Assembly (NCBI GenBank): GCA_001643675.2
Contig: LSRY02000012.1
Location: forward strand, 868,001 to 932,000
Reading direction: 5' to 3'
DNA length: 64,000 nucleotides
Origin: Monocercomonoides exilis PA203
Lineage: Eukaryota > Protista > Preaxostyla
The notes under the pieces were generated by a model. It worked only from the letters and a program-made list of their open reading frames with translations. It had not been told where the DNA came from and searched no databases. A program made the position numbers and the translations under genes. Shown here piece by piece: positions 51,155 to 64,000 of this stretch (position 1 is its first letter; the number at the start of each line of letters is the position of its first letter).

Positions 51155-52054
51155 TAAGTACATAACGATGTTCAGCCTCATTTCACATTTCATCCTCTTC
51201 ACATCAGATACTTCTTATTGTTTGTTATACTCATTCTACCGTTCTTATCTCATTTCAATTGCTTCTTTTTTTTAAGAAACAACTAAAAATTTTACAATTT
51301 CTGTCTCAATTCATCGCAAAGCCTTTTTGTATTGATTCTTTTCCCTTCAACATCAGAAAGAAACAACATGCTTAATGTTGAACATTGAAAACTGTTTCAA
51401 CATCACATTCATTTCAATTCATTGAACGAAAGAAGTCGTTTTTATGCAACTGAAAGAACTGATATGTAATTCTCAAAGATTTGTTGAACGAAATTTACTG
51501 AAGTGATTGGAAAGAAAAGACAGAGAAAAAAAAAATAATATTGTTTAATTGCATGCTTTGTATTTTATATTTTATCTGGAAATATTTATAACAAAAAATA
51601 TATTCGTTATAATGTCAGAAGCCAAAATAAGACAATCAATATATTTTTTTTCTCTAAAAACTGAAATCGACAAAAAACAATATTTAGTCAATTTTGGATA
51701 CATAATAACAGTTGAAAGACAGCTAAGGATAAAAAGAAAAAGAAGAATAACTTTATAAATAAAATAGAAACATGACTTTGAAATGATGGATTTCATCACA
51801 TTGTGAAGGAGACATTATCAAAACATATAGAATTGAAAAAAATAAAAACAATGATAAAGTTTATGAACGACACATAAAGAAGATGAAAAAAAAGGAAGTT
51901 GAAAAGAAAAGAGATAATTACTTGCGATTTTAGAAAGAAAGAAAGAAAGATGGTTTGAAAGAAGAAAAATAACTACAACGGTTTAATAATATTTAATTAT
52001 CATTAAAAAAACATTAAAAAAAAAAACACCAAAAGACTCAATCATCAGAAATAA

Positions 52055-55000
52055 TCAGTGTCCGTATGACGGGACCGGTGCGATAGACACAGCAGGCGTG
52101 GCCGGCTTGGTCCACTTGTCTGTCGTGTCATAGAATGGTATGTCGGCCGTCAAGCTCTGCTGGAACATCGAGTCCGACCCTCCCTGTATTCTTTTCTTCC
52201 CCGTGGAGAAATCTGAGTGGAACGAATGCCGCTCCACCACATCCGTGCGCGGGTTGTACGACAAGTCGTTCAGCTCCGGCCGGTCCTGCGTGTGCGACAC
52301 AATCGGCTTCTGCCGCGACTGCAGCTTCTTGAAGTCTGCGCCATACGTCGACGGGTACACAAACTGCTCTGCATTCTCCGAGTGGTAGAACTTGTCCAGC
52401 GGCTTGTCTTTATACCTGTCTGGATCCACCTGTGCCCTCGTCGGGTACGAGCTGAAGTCGATCGACGACACATGCTGCCTCGCTCCCGACGACACTAGTG
52501 TGAAGTCTGCCTGCGACGGCGCAAGCAAAGTCGACGCCACAAGCGCCTGCGGAAGCGCTGCGCTCGCACTGCCGCTGCTGAACGGCCGGTCTGTCGACTG
52601 CAGCGCCTCGCGGCTCCGCTCATACGACCGGATGAGCGACGGGGCAACACGAGAATGAGTCGTGGAGCCCATCAGCGGAGGCGAAGAAGTCTCTCCTCGA
52701 AGTGGAATGCCATCGCTGCTGCTGTCGCTGTTTGCGTGAAGTGAAGAGCGAAGTGCGACAGAACGGGTGCCAGGAAGAGCAGAGGCGCCTGCTGTGACGT
52801 CGGGGCTGTAGTCGAGATCGACTGTGAGCGGCGCTTGTGGCTCTGGCCGTGCAGGCGCCAGGCCGAAGGGCACTTGGCTGTGGAACCGGATTCTGGTGGG
52901 GTTGATGTTGACGTCGTACATCTCAGCTGGGAGTGGGTTGCCTTCTGCATCGACAGTGGCTGTTGGAAGAAGCGTCTGCCTTGGGGGAGGGTTGGTGACA
53001 AGATAAGGCTGCGTCTTGGGCTGTCCGAAGGGTATCTGCGGATGCGAACGAGGGCGGATAGGCTCCTCCGCGCGGTTGTAGTCGATCTCTGCTTCTGTCT
53101 TTGTGTTGTGTGCGACGAGCGGTGGGTGGATGCGGAGAGAGGGAGCAGGCGTGGTGAGGGAGTGGGAGAGGGTGGTTGATGGAGTCCTGTGCCTCTTTGA
53201 GAGGTTCGTGTCGTTCGGGTTGTAGATAGGGTCGAGGCTGCTTGTCTTCCAGAAGGAGCCGTATGCGTTCTCTCTCGACGTCGACTTGCGCAGATCCACC
53301 GGAGACGGCACACGCTGCGCCACCATCGTGTCAAAGGAGCGGGTGACATCATACAGCTTGTCCACAATCACTGGCCGTGTCCGCTCAGACGCTGTGGATG
53401 TGCGGGAAGAGCGGGAGAGAGGCAGCGACACTGAGCTCATGCGCGGATGCTGGCTGTTCCCTTCCAGCATCGACTCATGGGAGACATAAAAATCGCTCTC
53501 ACAGTCGCTCTTCTTCTCCAGCGGAACCCTCGCCAGCATCTTCGACTTGAATGCGCTTGATTCGCTCGGAGGTCCTCCATGTGCTGCATCCATTTTGGAA
53601 GTCTTCAGGCGCTGTGCGTGCTGGCTGATCGCTGTCTCCGTCGCCTGCAGATCAAACCCGGCCCGACCTCCGCCGGTGCGCGCAGGCATCGTCGAGCTCA
53701 TCCGCAGCGACATACCCGCTTTCAGTTTTCCCCACCCTGTCCCTTTCCTCTTCATCCCTCCTGCGCTCCCAACTTTCTTTCTCGCATCATCGTAGGAGCC
53801 TCTGTGCTGTGCTCCAGTCACATCTGGCGGAGAGTTTTCGTCGTTCTGCTTCCACGACGACCCAACAGCAGCTGACATGCTGTTCCTGAAGTTGCGAGCG
53901 ACAATGCCATTTGTCTGAGAGGAGGAGCCGTTGTGCTGCTCGTCCTTCGGCAGCTGCAGAGGGATGCCCCGAGAGCCTGTTGTTGACCTCCGGGCATCGA
54001 TTTCAGCGCGCGTCTCTGGTTCGTTGTTCCTGCCTAAATCGCCCAAACTCTGTGTCCTCTGACGCGAATGTGCTCGTGTTGGCGTGTTTGACCGGGTGAG
54101 TGTGAAAAGCGTCTGTGTGCGGCTGGGTGAGTAACTGTCGCGAGACGGTGCCATGAACGCGGGAGATGGGCGAGGTTTTCCTTTTAAAGGATGACCTATT
54201 CCTCTGAAAACATGAAAAACGCACGATTTTGCAAATTAAAGAAAGTTGTTTCAGTTTATAATAATCAGTTAAATACAAATTATTGAACATATAAATTTGT
54301 AAAAAATTCTTGTTTCAAACTTTTCTGTGTCTTGCGTTGAAAAGCTCGGATGATAGTGTCCTACCGATGGCATTTCAGAAGACACCTTCATTTCAACAGT
54401 CACAAACTGATCACGACTTGGTGCAAGAAAGGCAGCTAAATACAAGAAATAACAACAAAACAAGAAACAAAGATGATTACAACAGCAACAATTATTATTG
54501 GCACACAAGTTTTCGCCTTTGCTGTTTGCTTTTGATTTTCTGTAAAATAAAAATTTATTTAGAATTGAAAATAATAAAGAACAATACTTGATGTTTGCTG
54601 TGAAGAGGCTGCAATCACGTCAGCTACAGATTTTGCTAAATTCAACGGAGATGTTTTATCATTTGCTTTACCCTTCCCACTTTTCGACAAAGATGGAACA
54701 GGAAGAAAGTCGAAATCTGAAAAGAAATTAATCAAAAAATAATTACAAAAAGAAAAATAAACCTGATGATATTCGAGGAGTTGACGCAATTTCACCTTCT
54801 CTTCCGTCATCTTGCGAAGTCGACGTTTGAAACTGATTCAATACGAAAAAAACTACAAGATAAGCCAGAATATTAATTTCCAAACTTTTCTTCCCATCAA
54901 CGAACGATACTGAGGAAAATCAGTATTTCCTTGTTCCAATATTGTAGGCTGATCCACCTTCACTGAAAGAAATAATAATAGAAAAGGTATATATTTTTCT

Positions 55001-55139
55001 AAACAAATAAATATTAACCTTTTTTCACAACCGATCTCCAGGTTGCTGTCTGTATTTTTCCTTGTCTGCTAAATGGAGTTGGACCTATTAAATCGGTTCC
55101 ATCGCGTCCTATAGTAGTTGCTTTGACAGTAACGCTCAT
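52055..55139 (-). CDS. Ser/Pro-rich protein with recurrent (D)xxYxP-type motifs, possibly a SHIPPO/ODF3-like axonemal protein (multi-exon)
   Basis: Large 3' exon (699-aa ORF) plus small upstream exons to an ATG at 55139. Motifs PSVGHYHP, DPIYNPN, DLDYSPD, DLSYNPR. Confidence 0.6.
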
Positions 55140-55197
55140 AAAGCAACAACTAATAACTAATAATTTGTAAAACCAACGGATCTTACCAAAATAAAAT
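55140..55197. promoter_or_regulatory. Putative ultra-compact bidirectional promoter (58 bp between divergent ATGs)
   Basis: ATG at 55139 (-) and the CDC123 ATG at 55198 (+). Confidence 0.45.
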
Positions 55198-56538
55198 ATG
55201 AGCGAAGAGAAATTATTATTTCCTTGCACAAAAGAAGATCTTCTTGCATGCCAACATCATGAATGGTATAAATATTTAGAAAAATATACATTTCCAGCAA
55301 AAATAATCCACTTAACAGATTCATTTCTTGAATATCTTGAAGAAGATGGGTTTGCTTTTTATTTCAACAAAGAAAACATAAATGTTTACAATTTTTAAAC
55401 TGTTAGAATCAAATTACCAGAAGGCGTTGAGATGCCGGAAATAGGAGCTGATGACTTTGAGGATGATCATGATTTTCTTGATCATAATGATCCTGAATGG
55501 AAAGCTTTTGAGCCTGATCCATCAGATCCCCCAAAACCAAAAAGGAAAAATACTTTTCCTGAAATATGTACAGCAATTCAAGAAGCTTTTAATACTTTTG
55601 GAACTGCAATTCCAAAACTGAATTGGACAACTCCAAAAGATGCAATTTGGGCAAATCCTCTTCATACACTTCGTTGCGAACAAACAGCCCAGGTTCTTTT
55701 GCTTTTGAAGGCGAGTGATGAGACGGATTATAACCTTCATCATATGTTTGACAACTGCGAACCACCTTCAGATATTAAATCACCTGCTGAACCTGTGATT
55801 TCTCTTCGAGAATTTTTTATATTAGATGAAAGTCACGAATTTCGTTGCTTTATAATAAATGGAAAATTTGTTGGAATATCTCAAAGACATGCAGACTTTT
55901 ACTATTCGCATCTTCAGCCAGTTGAAACACAGAATACAATTATTTCAGTCTGCGCAACATTTTGGCAGGAGCAGGTGAAAAACAAATTTCCCATCAAAAC
56001 ATATACCATGGACGTTTATCTAACAAAAACTTGGAAAAAAGTTAAAATTGTTGACTTTGGAGTTCTTTCAGAGCCATATTCTGATCCTTTATTGTTTTCG
56101 TTTCAGGACTTGTTTGATCTTTCCAAGCAATATTCAGCTTCTGAGGAATCTTCTTTACCATCTGTGAAAGAAAATGCTCTTTCAGAACCTTTAGCATCAC
56201 CTTTATCTTCGTCGTCATCATCTTCATCATCCACTTCTTCATCTTCCTCTTCTATTTCATCATTTTCAGAACAAGCTACGGAATGTTCCGGAGATTCTCC
56301 CACTCAAAAAGACGAAAGCGAAAGAGAAGTCAAACCAATATTGAGGATCGTTCAATCAACAGAAGCTAACATGGTTCCTTTGTCAGACTCCATTCAAAGA
56401 AAGGGAAGATTCAAACTTCCTGACGAAATTCAAAAAGTTATGAATGAAGAAGGATTGAATGAGTTTATTGAACGAGTTAAGAAAGAAAACGAAGCAGTGA
56501 AAGCCGAAGAGCAGAAAAAGCAATGTTGTAAAAGTTGA
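55198..56538 (+). CDS. CDC123: Cell division cycle protein 123 (D123 ATP-grasp, eIF2 assembly factor)
   Basis: C..HEWY..Y...T, FLEYLEEDG|IKLP, IPKLNWTTPKDAIW, LLLLKASD, EFRCFI, GISQR, MDVY..KIVDF. Intron 55350-55407. Confidence 0.93.
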
Positions 56539-56583
56539 ATGGCTTGAACGATATTGCTTTTGAGATTTATTTGAACTTTTTTT

Positions 56584-59103
56584 ATGGGAAGACCGTTTTT
56601 GATCATGATTGATCAGACGATTTCGCCCCTTCTTGCAATGCGACAGTCTATTATTATTCTCGAGGGCGATTCACTTGTTGTGCCCGAAATTGCCTCTGCA
56701 ATTGACTGTCGCTTAAAGGCAAGATATAAACACATTTCTATCAATTCACTTTTGAAAGATGTCTGCTTTATTCAACAATGATCACTCTTTGTTTCAGTAA
56801 AAATTTTTAAATATATTTAAATAGAAATCACAACAGCAGGATGATTTTGGACGAAAGCTGAAAATTTTTGTAGACTCTGATACATCATGTCCTTCTGATT
56901 TACTTGTCCAGATACTGGTACAAAAAGTGAATGAAGAATTCACACAGCTTCTTTCTAATCAATCAGTATGATTTTCATGGAAAAATTATATTTTTATGTT
57001 ATCTAATCTTTTTCTAGATTAATCAATCTCAAAACAATCATTTTACCTTTTCTCAAGAACAAATTGCAAAAGAACAATCGACAGATGTGTCTAAAGAAGT
57101 TCCAGGAACTCTTAAAAAGAAAAATCGACAAGGCACTTCTTCAAAATTGAAACCATTAAGCCAAGATGATAAAAATGTGCAATTGCAACAAGATAACAAG
57201 GATTCAAATCAAAAAGGCATAATTCTTCAACCTGATCCAGATGACTCTCCAAACAACCCATTTTACCCAAAACAATTCCTAATATTTACAGGATTTCCAA
57301 AGAGTATTACAACTCTTCTTCAGTTTCAAGAGTCGCTCATTAGAATTGGACATCTTATTAATGCAATTGTTCTTGTTCGTCCAGTTCCATACATTTCATC
57401 TTCAATGCTTACAACGCTCTCTCAATCATTTTCGTCTTCTCTTTTTTCAAACTCGATGCTAACTGCACAGCCAGATGCAGACATTTCACCACAGGACAAA
57501 TCCAAAAACAAAGGATCCGAAAAGTCTAAAGAAAAGGAGAAAACAAAAACAAAAGAATCAAAACAAACGAAAAGCACCAAATCAGATAAGAAAGGGAAAG
57601 ATACCAATGCACATGCAGCAGGGAAAAGTGGAACTAACCGCCCGCCTCCAATTGTGTACTCAATGTCACCGCAGGCTGCCTCACTCCTTTCGCTGCCTGC
57701 CATCTCACCATCCTCAGCAGCCTCAGGCCTGTTCGACGACCTCGCAGCGCCCAACTCTTCGATGTGGCTGTACGACCTCGTGACGATGAACCGGTTCCAC
57801 CTGATCGACTGTACCGGCGCTGTGCTGAGAGACCTGTTTCTGCTCGAAGTCAAAAGCGGAGTGCCATTTCACCCGTCTATCCACGTCCGCCCTTCGAGTC
57901 CGCCTCCGCCGCTGCTCCAACAGTCATCCGTCTCCACCGCATCGCTGCCGGCTGTCCAGTCCCGCACGTCTTCCTCAGCATCCGCCACACACCCGTCTGC
58001 TTCTTCGTCTCCAGGCTCTTCTTCTCCGACTCGATCAGCTTCACAAGCAGAATCACCAGATGCTCTTTCTGTCATCTCTGGGGTCACTCCCACGCTTCCC
58101 CCTCTTTCTTCCCCGCCTTTCCAGCCACTGACACTTCTCTCTGCACAAAAATCCAGTCTTCTTGGCTCCTCTCTCTCACAGCCCATGATGCGCCCTCCAC
58201 CTCCGCTTGCCCCTCCAACTGCCCCCACGTCACTTCCCATCTCTCCACTTCACATTATCACTCCTTCTGCCTCATACGCTGCAGCTTCTGTGCCTCTTCC
58301 TCCACCCGCTGCGCCTGTTCTTCCACTTCCTTCACACAACTTCTTTTCTCCTCCGCCACTTCTCTACATCCCCAAAGACGGAGTCACATTGCTCCGTGAG
58401 ATTCACCTCGCCATCGCATCGAATGCTGCCAGAGATTCGCTCTATCGCCAGTGGCTCAACAGCACTCCTGTCAGCACCGTGTCACAGGGCGTGCCATACG
58501 ACCTGTTTATGCACACAGATGCACCTGCAGTTCAAGCAGAGCTGCCTTCGCCAATGAAGAGCATGAGTACAAGCCCTGATTGGAAGAGCGTTTCATTCGC
58601 ATCTCCACTGGGCTCTCCCCAGACACAGCTATTTCCTTCTTCTGGTCTGAGACAGTCCTCCACAACCACCTCGTCTGCTTCTCCCCTCTCTTCTTCCCAA
58701 TTGTCTCCGCTCACAAGCAGCTTCCAGCCCGTTTTTTCGCTCCAGAGTTCAGTTGCCACTCGCTTGTGCCAAGTTCTGCCTGCGTCGCATGAGAGTGTGA
58801 GGCTGTCGCGGCAGGAGCAGACGATACGGGCGAAGGAGTTTGAGTCAGAACGGCAGATGCTATCGCTCCTCTCACGCGCCATGTGCCTCCCGCCGGCGAT
58901 GGCGTCTTCGCTCATCAGCGATTCTGGGTATGATGAAAGCGGCGAAGGAGAAATGAAGAAAGAAGCAGGAGCAGGAGGAGCAGCAGCAGGAGCTTCCACA
59001 AACCCCGGAAAAAGAGGAAGAACAGGGGAGAAGACGCCTGCTGTGAGGTCGCGTGCAGGCACTTCGAGAAAAAGAGAGTCAAGAAGAGAGAAAGACGGGG
59101 CAT

Positions 59104-59135
<32 letters not shown>

Positions 59136-62100
59136 TCAGGAATATCAGGATCATCAAGCACATCAGGATTATCAGGCTTATCAGGTTTGACTGGCACAGG
59201 AGCTGAGCCAGCTCTGTCTGGCGAGCCAACATTCATCGACAGGAGGGGCATTGCATCTGAAGAAGGCACGCCATACGTCTTGTCGTCCTCTTCTTCCCAG
59301 GCGAGCCTTGCCAATGTGCGGGGGCAGCTGACGCAGCTGAACGGCTTCAGCGGCTGCTCAGCCTGTTTTGAAGCGCAGAAGATAGAGACGCAGCTGCGGA
59401 CACCCGAAGAGGCGCTGCTGGATGGCTCGCTCGCGATGGATCTGAGAAGGTACAAAAGAACAGCAGAGAGGCTTGTTGTGATCTCAAACCCGGATTCCCC
59501 GTCGCTTGCTATGGCTCTCCCGGCTTCTTCTTCTTCATCTGTTTCTTCTTCTTCTTCTTCAATGAGTTCAACTTTGTCTGATGCTTCGAACAAGAAAAGC
59601 AGCTCAAACAGCACAAAAGCAAAGTCATCAGACATCATTCCCACACTTCCTGTTGCGTCAGCAGCTGCTGCTGAGATCTGGTTTCCTTCTTCTTCTTCTT
59701 CTTCTTCTTCTGCTTCTGCTTCAACATCGTCACAACCGTCCTCTTTCCTCTCGTCCACTCACCAGCGCAGTCCGCATGCTTCTTCGTCTGTCACACGCTC
59801 TCTTTCTCTTTCCCTTTCCAAACGAGCTGCTCAGCCTGCTCTTCGCTCTTCTCTTAATGGGACGTCTCCCACAAGAGCCAACAGAATTTCCAATGCTTCT
59901 TCCTCCTCTGCTTCTTCCTCTGCTTCCAACCGCTTGCCCTCTCGTTCTTTAGACCCGTCTGTTGATATTGGCTTGAATGTTCCGCTTGTTCTCCACTCGC
60001 TTCTCGACCAGGTGTGCTTTGAAGAGTCGCCACAGGGCTTGTCCATCAGAGGAATAGCAGCGGACAGACAGAAGAAGCAGACACAGCAGAAAGGAGGAGC
60101 AGCAAAAGAAGAAAAAGAAAAAGAAGAGGAGGGAGAAAGGAAAGGAAAGGAAAGTGATGTGAAAAATTCGAAATCTGCTTCAGCTGGCTCAGCTAATGAA
60201 GGAGCAACAAAGACAATGCCATCTTCTCCTCTTTCTTCTTCTTCTTCCTCTTCCTCCTCCAATTTAGCTTTGACGCCTTCTCCTTCTCCTTTACCTTCAC
60301 CTTCTCCTTCACCTTCTCCCTCGTCCTCCTCCTCCTCCTCATCATTTCCTTCTTCTTCTTCTTCTTCCTTTGCTGTTTCGTCTGATCCACTTGAGCAGCA
60401 GCGCATTGATGATGAGTCCCGCCGGCTGGAGGCGATCTTAGACGAACACCTGAGCCAAGTGTGTGCACAGAAGAAAGGGAAAAAGGGGAAATCATCATCA
60501 TCATCATCATCATCTTCTTCTTCTTCTTCATCAGCTTCTTCAATGAAGAAGAGCAAAGTGTCAATTGTGGTGCAGCCGGGGGAGACGCAAAAAAGAGTAA
60601 CAAGACGATTGACAGCTGTTAGCAGCGCAGGCAACGGCTTTCTCAACAACAGAGAAAATACACAGGGAAATGGATGGTTCAAGGAATTTCTTCTGAAAGG
60701 GATTGAAGATAACAACAATAGCAACAGCAATGACAATAACAATATCACAAACAACAAAAATAACAGGAATGGCTTGATTGACATTCCAAGTGCTGGCTGT
60801 GCTCCTTCTTCGACTCCGCAGTCTCCAGTGCAGACGCCTCCTCTTCTGTTTTCTTCATCTGAAGGTCAGCTGCCGTCGTATGATGACTCCACAATCAAGT
60901 TTGTCTCAATCGAAAGCGGATCTGCTGCTGACTTGTCGTCAAAGTCGGCATCTTCCACAATTTCAGGCTATCCTCCATATTCATCTCAGTTCTCTTCTTC
61001 TTCCTCTTCTTCTTCCTCTTCCTCCTCAAACTTCACGACACCCTCAATTCCTCCACTCCCCACTGCTGCCTCTGCCTCTGCATCTCCCCACTGCTTCACC
61101 GCCCTCCGCAGCTTCCGCCTGCGCCCGCCTGCTCTTCTCACCCGAACTGACACGCCTTCATTGAGCACCCTCAGCCGCTTGCTTTCGATTTCTCCTTCTC
61201 TTTATTCCCTCTTCTCCTCCCCTGCCATTCCTCACCATTCGTTCTCGCCCCACCACTTTATCACACACTACAGCCTCCAACTCCCCACTGCTTTGCTCAC
61301 TTTACAGCCCCAGCCTATCTCCCACGCAGAATCTGTCGCTTTCCTCATTTCTTTCCTCACCCCTTCCTCGTCATACCACCCCCTTTCTCGCTCTTTAACA
61401 TCTTCTCAGTCGATCGGCCATCTCCTTCCTGACTCTCTTTCTTCTGTCCCATCGTCTGCCAGTCTTTCTCAACAGGCTCCTGCTCTTCTACGCAGAAAAA
61501 GTGCTGTCATGTCAAAAGTGCCTGAACAACACGCACCGCACCGCCCGCAGCAGTCGCCAAGTTTTGTGTCGCTGCAGCAGCAGCAGCAGCACGGATCAAG
61601 TGCCAATGCAAATATCGAGACAACTCCATCTTCTTCTTCATCTTCTTCTTCTCAGTTGTCTCAGCTATCTCAATCATCGTCATCAACTTCATCATCTTCT
61701 TCTTCAGGCGCTATTCAATCAACTGTGCCGAATGTGCTGCCTCCAAGTTTTGTTCCTTTGGAGACGCCTCATCCAGATGAAAGTGATTCGTCCGCTCCTG
61801 TTGTGCTCACGATGCTCCCATCTACCAATGCTCCAGCTTTGTCTTCACAGCCTTCTCATTCACTGGGAGATGGGTCTTTGATTAGCCAGCAGCAGCAGCA
61901 GATAAGCTTGTTATCGTCGTCGTCGTCGTCATCATCATCTTCTTCTTCCTCTTCTTCCTCATCAAAAGAGTCAACACCAACCTCACCGCAAACACAGCGC
62001 AGTCGCGCCCCTCGTTTCATCACTACCTCATCCCCTCAGATTCTGTCACTGGTCGGTGGAGGTGTGTCATCCAACATCTTCACCACGTCTGCTGGCTCAA

Positions 62101-64000
62101 CCTCAGTCAACGGCACAGCTGACATGCACTGCCCAACACTCACTGTGTCTGCCTTGTATCCAGTTTTGTATGCACTCACGAAGGACATCGAGACTCTTTC
62201 AAGCTCACTCATCCAGGCGACTGCAAAGGGAGCAGATTTGTCTGGCGGCAGGTTCGGGAAAGGGAGGGAAGCGATTGCGAACAGCACGCTTCTGCCTTCA
62301 CAGATCTTCGGAAACAGCGTTTCGGGTGGAGGAGAAAAAGGAACATCACAAAATCCACACACCAGAGTCGCACAGACAGTGACGGATGAGACGATCCTGG
62401 TGAATGGAGCCTCGCGAGTCTTCAACATGCTCGTGGACGCGATCAACCCTGTCTTGTCGCCTTTGGCTTTCCACAGGGCGAATGCTGCAGTGGCAAAGGC
62501 TCGCCGCTCAATCGCTTCATCTGCAGCTACCCCGAGCGAAAAGGACGCAATCACACAGAACTTTTCGATCACAGCCCCACCAATGACTCCTCAATCTATT
62601 GCATCGCCAATGGTGTCGTCTCCTGTGTTATCTTCTGCATCTGGACCTCCTCTGAGCCCAACTGGCTATTCAACAGCATCCTCATCACTGAACAACGGAA
62701 ATGTGCTGTTCACCCCCACACTCACCCTCCCTCCGTCAACCGCGTCTTCGCTGCTCCCAACCTTCATCAGCACAACCATCGCTCAGCATTGTTCTCTTTC
62801 TTCCTTCCGCGAATCGCTTCTTCTTCTCGTCGATGCCACAAAGCAGGCTGCTGCTGAGCACCGTGTGATTGCTTCGTCACTGCAGAGGAGCTACCCGTCT
62901 TCTGCACTCCCTGCTGACATGCTCACTTTGTGTGACACAGAAGGCGACTTTGCCGAGGCAAGGGACTTCTTCTCTGCCATCGACGAGCCGCTGCTGAAAA
63001 AGACGCTGGCTGATGATGATGCATTGCTACGTGTTCTGTTGTGTGCAGAGTTCTCAGAAATGCTGGCAATAGATGCTGATCCACAGGGCTGTGCATTCAC
63101 TTCTTCTAACAACGTCTGTGGAGGACTGACATTCACCCCGTCTCGTGCCATCTTCGGAGAAACGGAGAATTCTTTGAAGAATCCATCGTCCGCCTTCTTC
63201 TCACCAACTGATAATGCCATGATCAATCCATTTTCTGATCCTTCCATCCAAATCATTCTTCCCTCAGACAACCAAAAGGCTTTGCGCGTATCACTCGGTG
63301 GCTTCTTATTCACCGCAGACAAAACGTGGGACGGCTTCCAGTTCAACCAGCAGAGCCATAAAAGAGACGAGGATACGAAAATGCGTCATTTCCCATGTGG
63401 AGTTAGATGGGACGGGAGCGACTGCAGCGAGCAGTTTGTGAGCAACGATGGTGCAGTCCAGTTAGACACAGTGCGAAAGAGGAGGACTTTAAGCATTACT
63501 AGCACTCCTCTCTCATCAAAGCGCATTGGAGGAGGTGGTGGTGGTGGATCCCGGCTGACTGACAGCACACAGCCGCATCAGTCTCCCAGCGGGCTAAGCA
63601 CATCGTCCACAGACGATCTCACCGCAACTGCTGATCTTCTGTCTCTGATGCGACTGGACTCCTCACGCGACACAGCACAGCACGTCTCCTTCAACCGGCT
63701 GCGGGCGTTGTTTGCTTCACCTTTGATCGACCCTGCCGAATACACTGTTGTTGAAGAGCTTCCGTCTTTCCTTCTCTCACAGCTGCTGTCGAGGCTGTGC
63801 CTGTTTGACCCGCCAATAAGGACACGCTACTTCAAGCCAGAGGACTCGCTTCTCGTGGCGGTGGGGTGCTGCCAGGACAAAGAAGGCGCGGGGGCACCAG
63901 ACAGACAGTACTGGAAACACTCATTTGGCCAGCTGCCTTCGTTTGAGGAGTGGAACGAGCAGTTTGTCGACCAAATCGCTCAGTCGTATCCTGTACAGCT
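56584..64000 (+). CDS. Giant Ser-rich protein, SPAG17/PF6-like central-pair candidate; incomplete at the window end
   Basis: Two small exons, then one frame from 57018 with no stop to 64000 (hence absent from the ORF track). N-terminal degenerate adenylate-kinase-like segment (..IFTGFP..). Distal EELPSFLLSQLL..RYFKPEDSLLVAV..W..LPSFEEW recalls SPAG17/PF6. Confidence 0.6.

Noticed and set aside
58532-60784. Long antisense ORFs (408 and 317 aa) and similar ones opposite 9998-12383 and 52055-54154
   Set aside because: Shadows of low-complexity or GC-rich sense coding sequence.

Overview
Eukaryotic, AT-rich, intron-containing protist DNA read in the standard genetic code. The short GT-AG introns, Ser-rich giant exons, flagellar genes and DIRS elements resemble an oxymonad/metamonad such as Monocercomonoides, but that is inference only. 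The first ~24 kb is rich in transposable elements. It holds a structurally complete but decayed DIRS1-type tyrosine-recombinase retrotransposon (4549-9151: ITRs, ICR, gag, RT-RNaseH-MTase, YR). Its 5' part plus ~145 bp of host flank is mirrored as an apparently identical inverted duplication at the window start. There is also a Merlin transposase relic split by a 1.05-kb foldback element, an IS630/Tc1-like relic hit by a 240-bp MITE, and a second MITE copy. Embedded in this region are a decayed surface-receptor/pseudokinase gene, a coiled-coil gene, a histidine acid phosphatase homologue lacking both catalytic motifs, and tRNA-Glu(TTC). From 24.9 kb on the genes are densely packed: an LRR protein, WDR11-like, a HAD-IIA phosphatase, a surface-protein pseudogene, a CAC-ended element with inverted 21-bp arrays, an amino acid transporter, several probable flagellar/cytoskeletal genes, RPL35A, CDC123 and a giant SPAG17/PF6-like gene running off the end. 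The best new candidates are an intergenic H/ACA-like snoRNA, the fold-back palindrome, the pseudo-enzymes and a GTTTG-dominated 5' splice-site consensus. No CRISPR array or prokaryote-type system was found.
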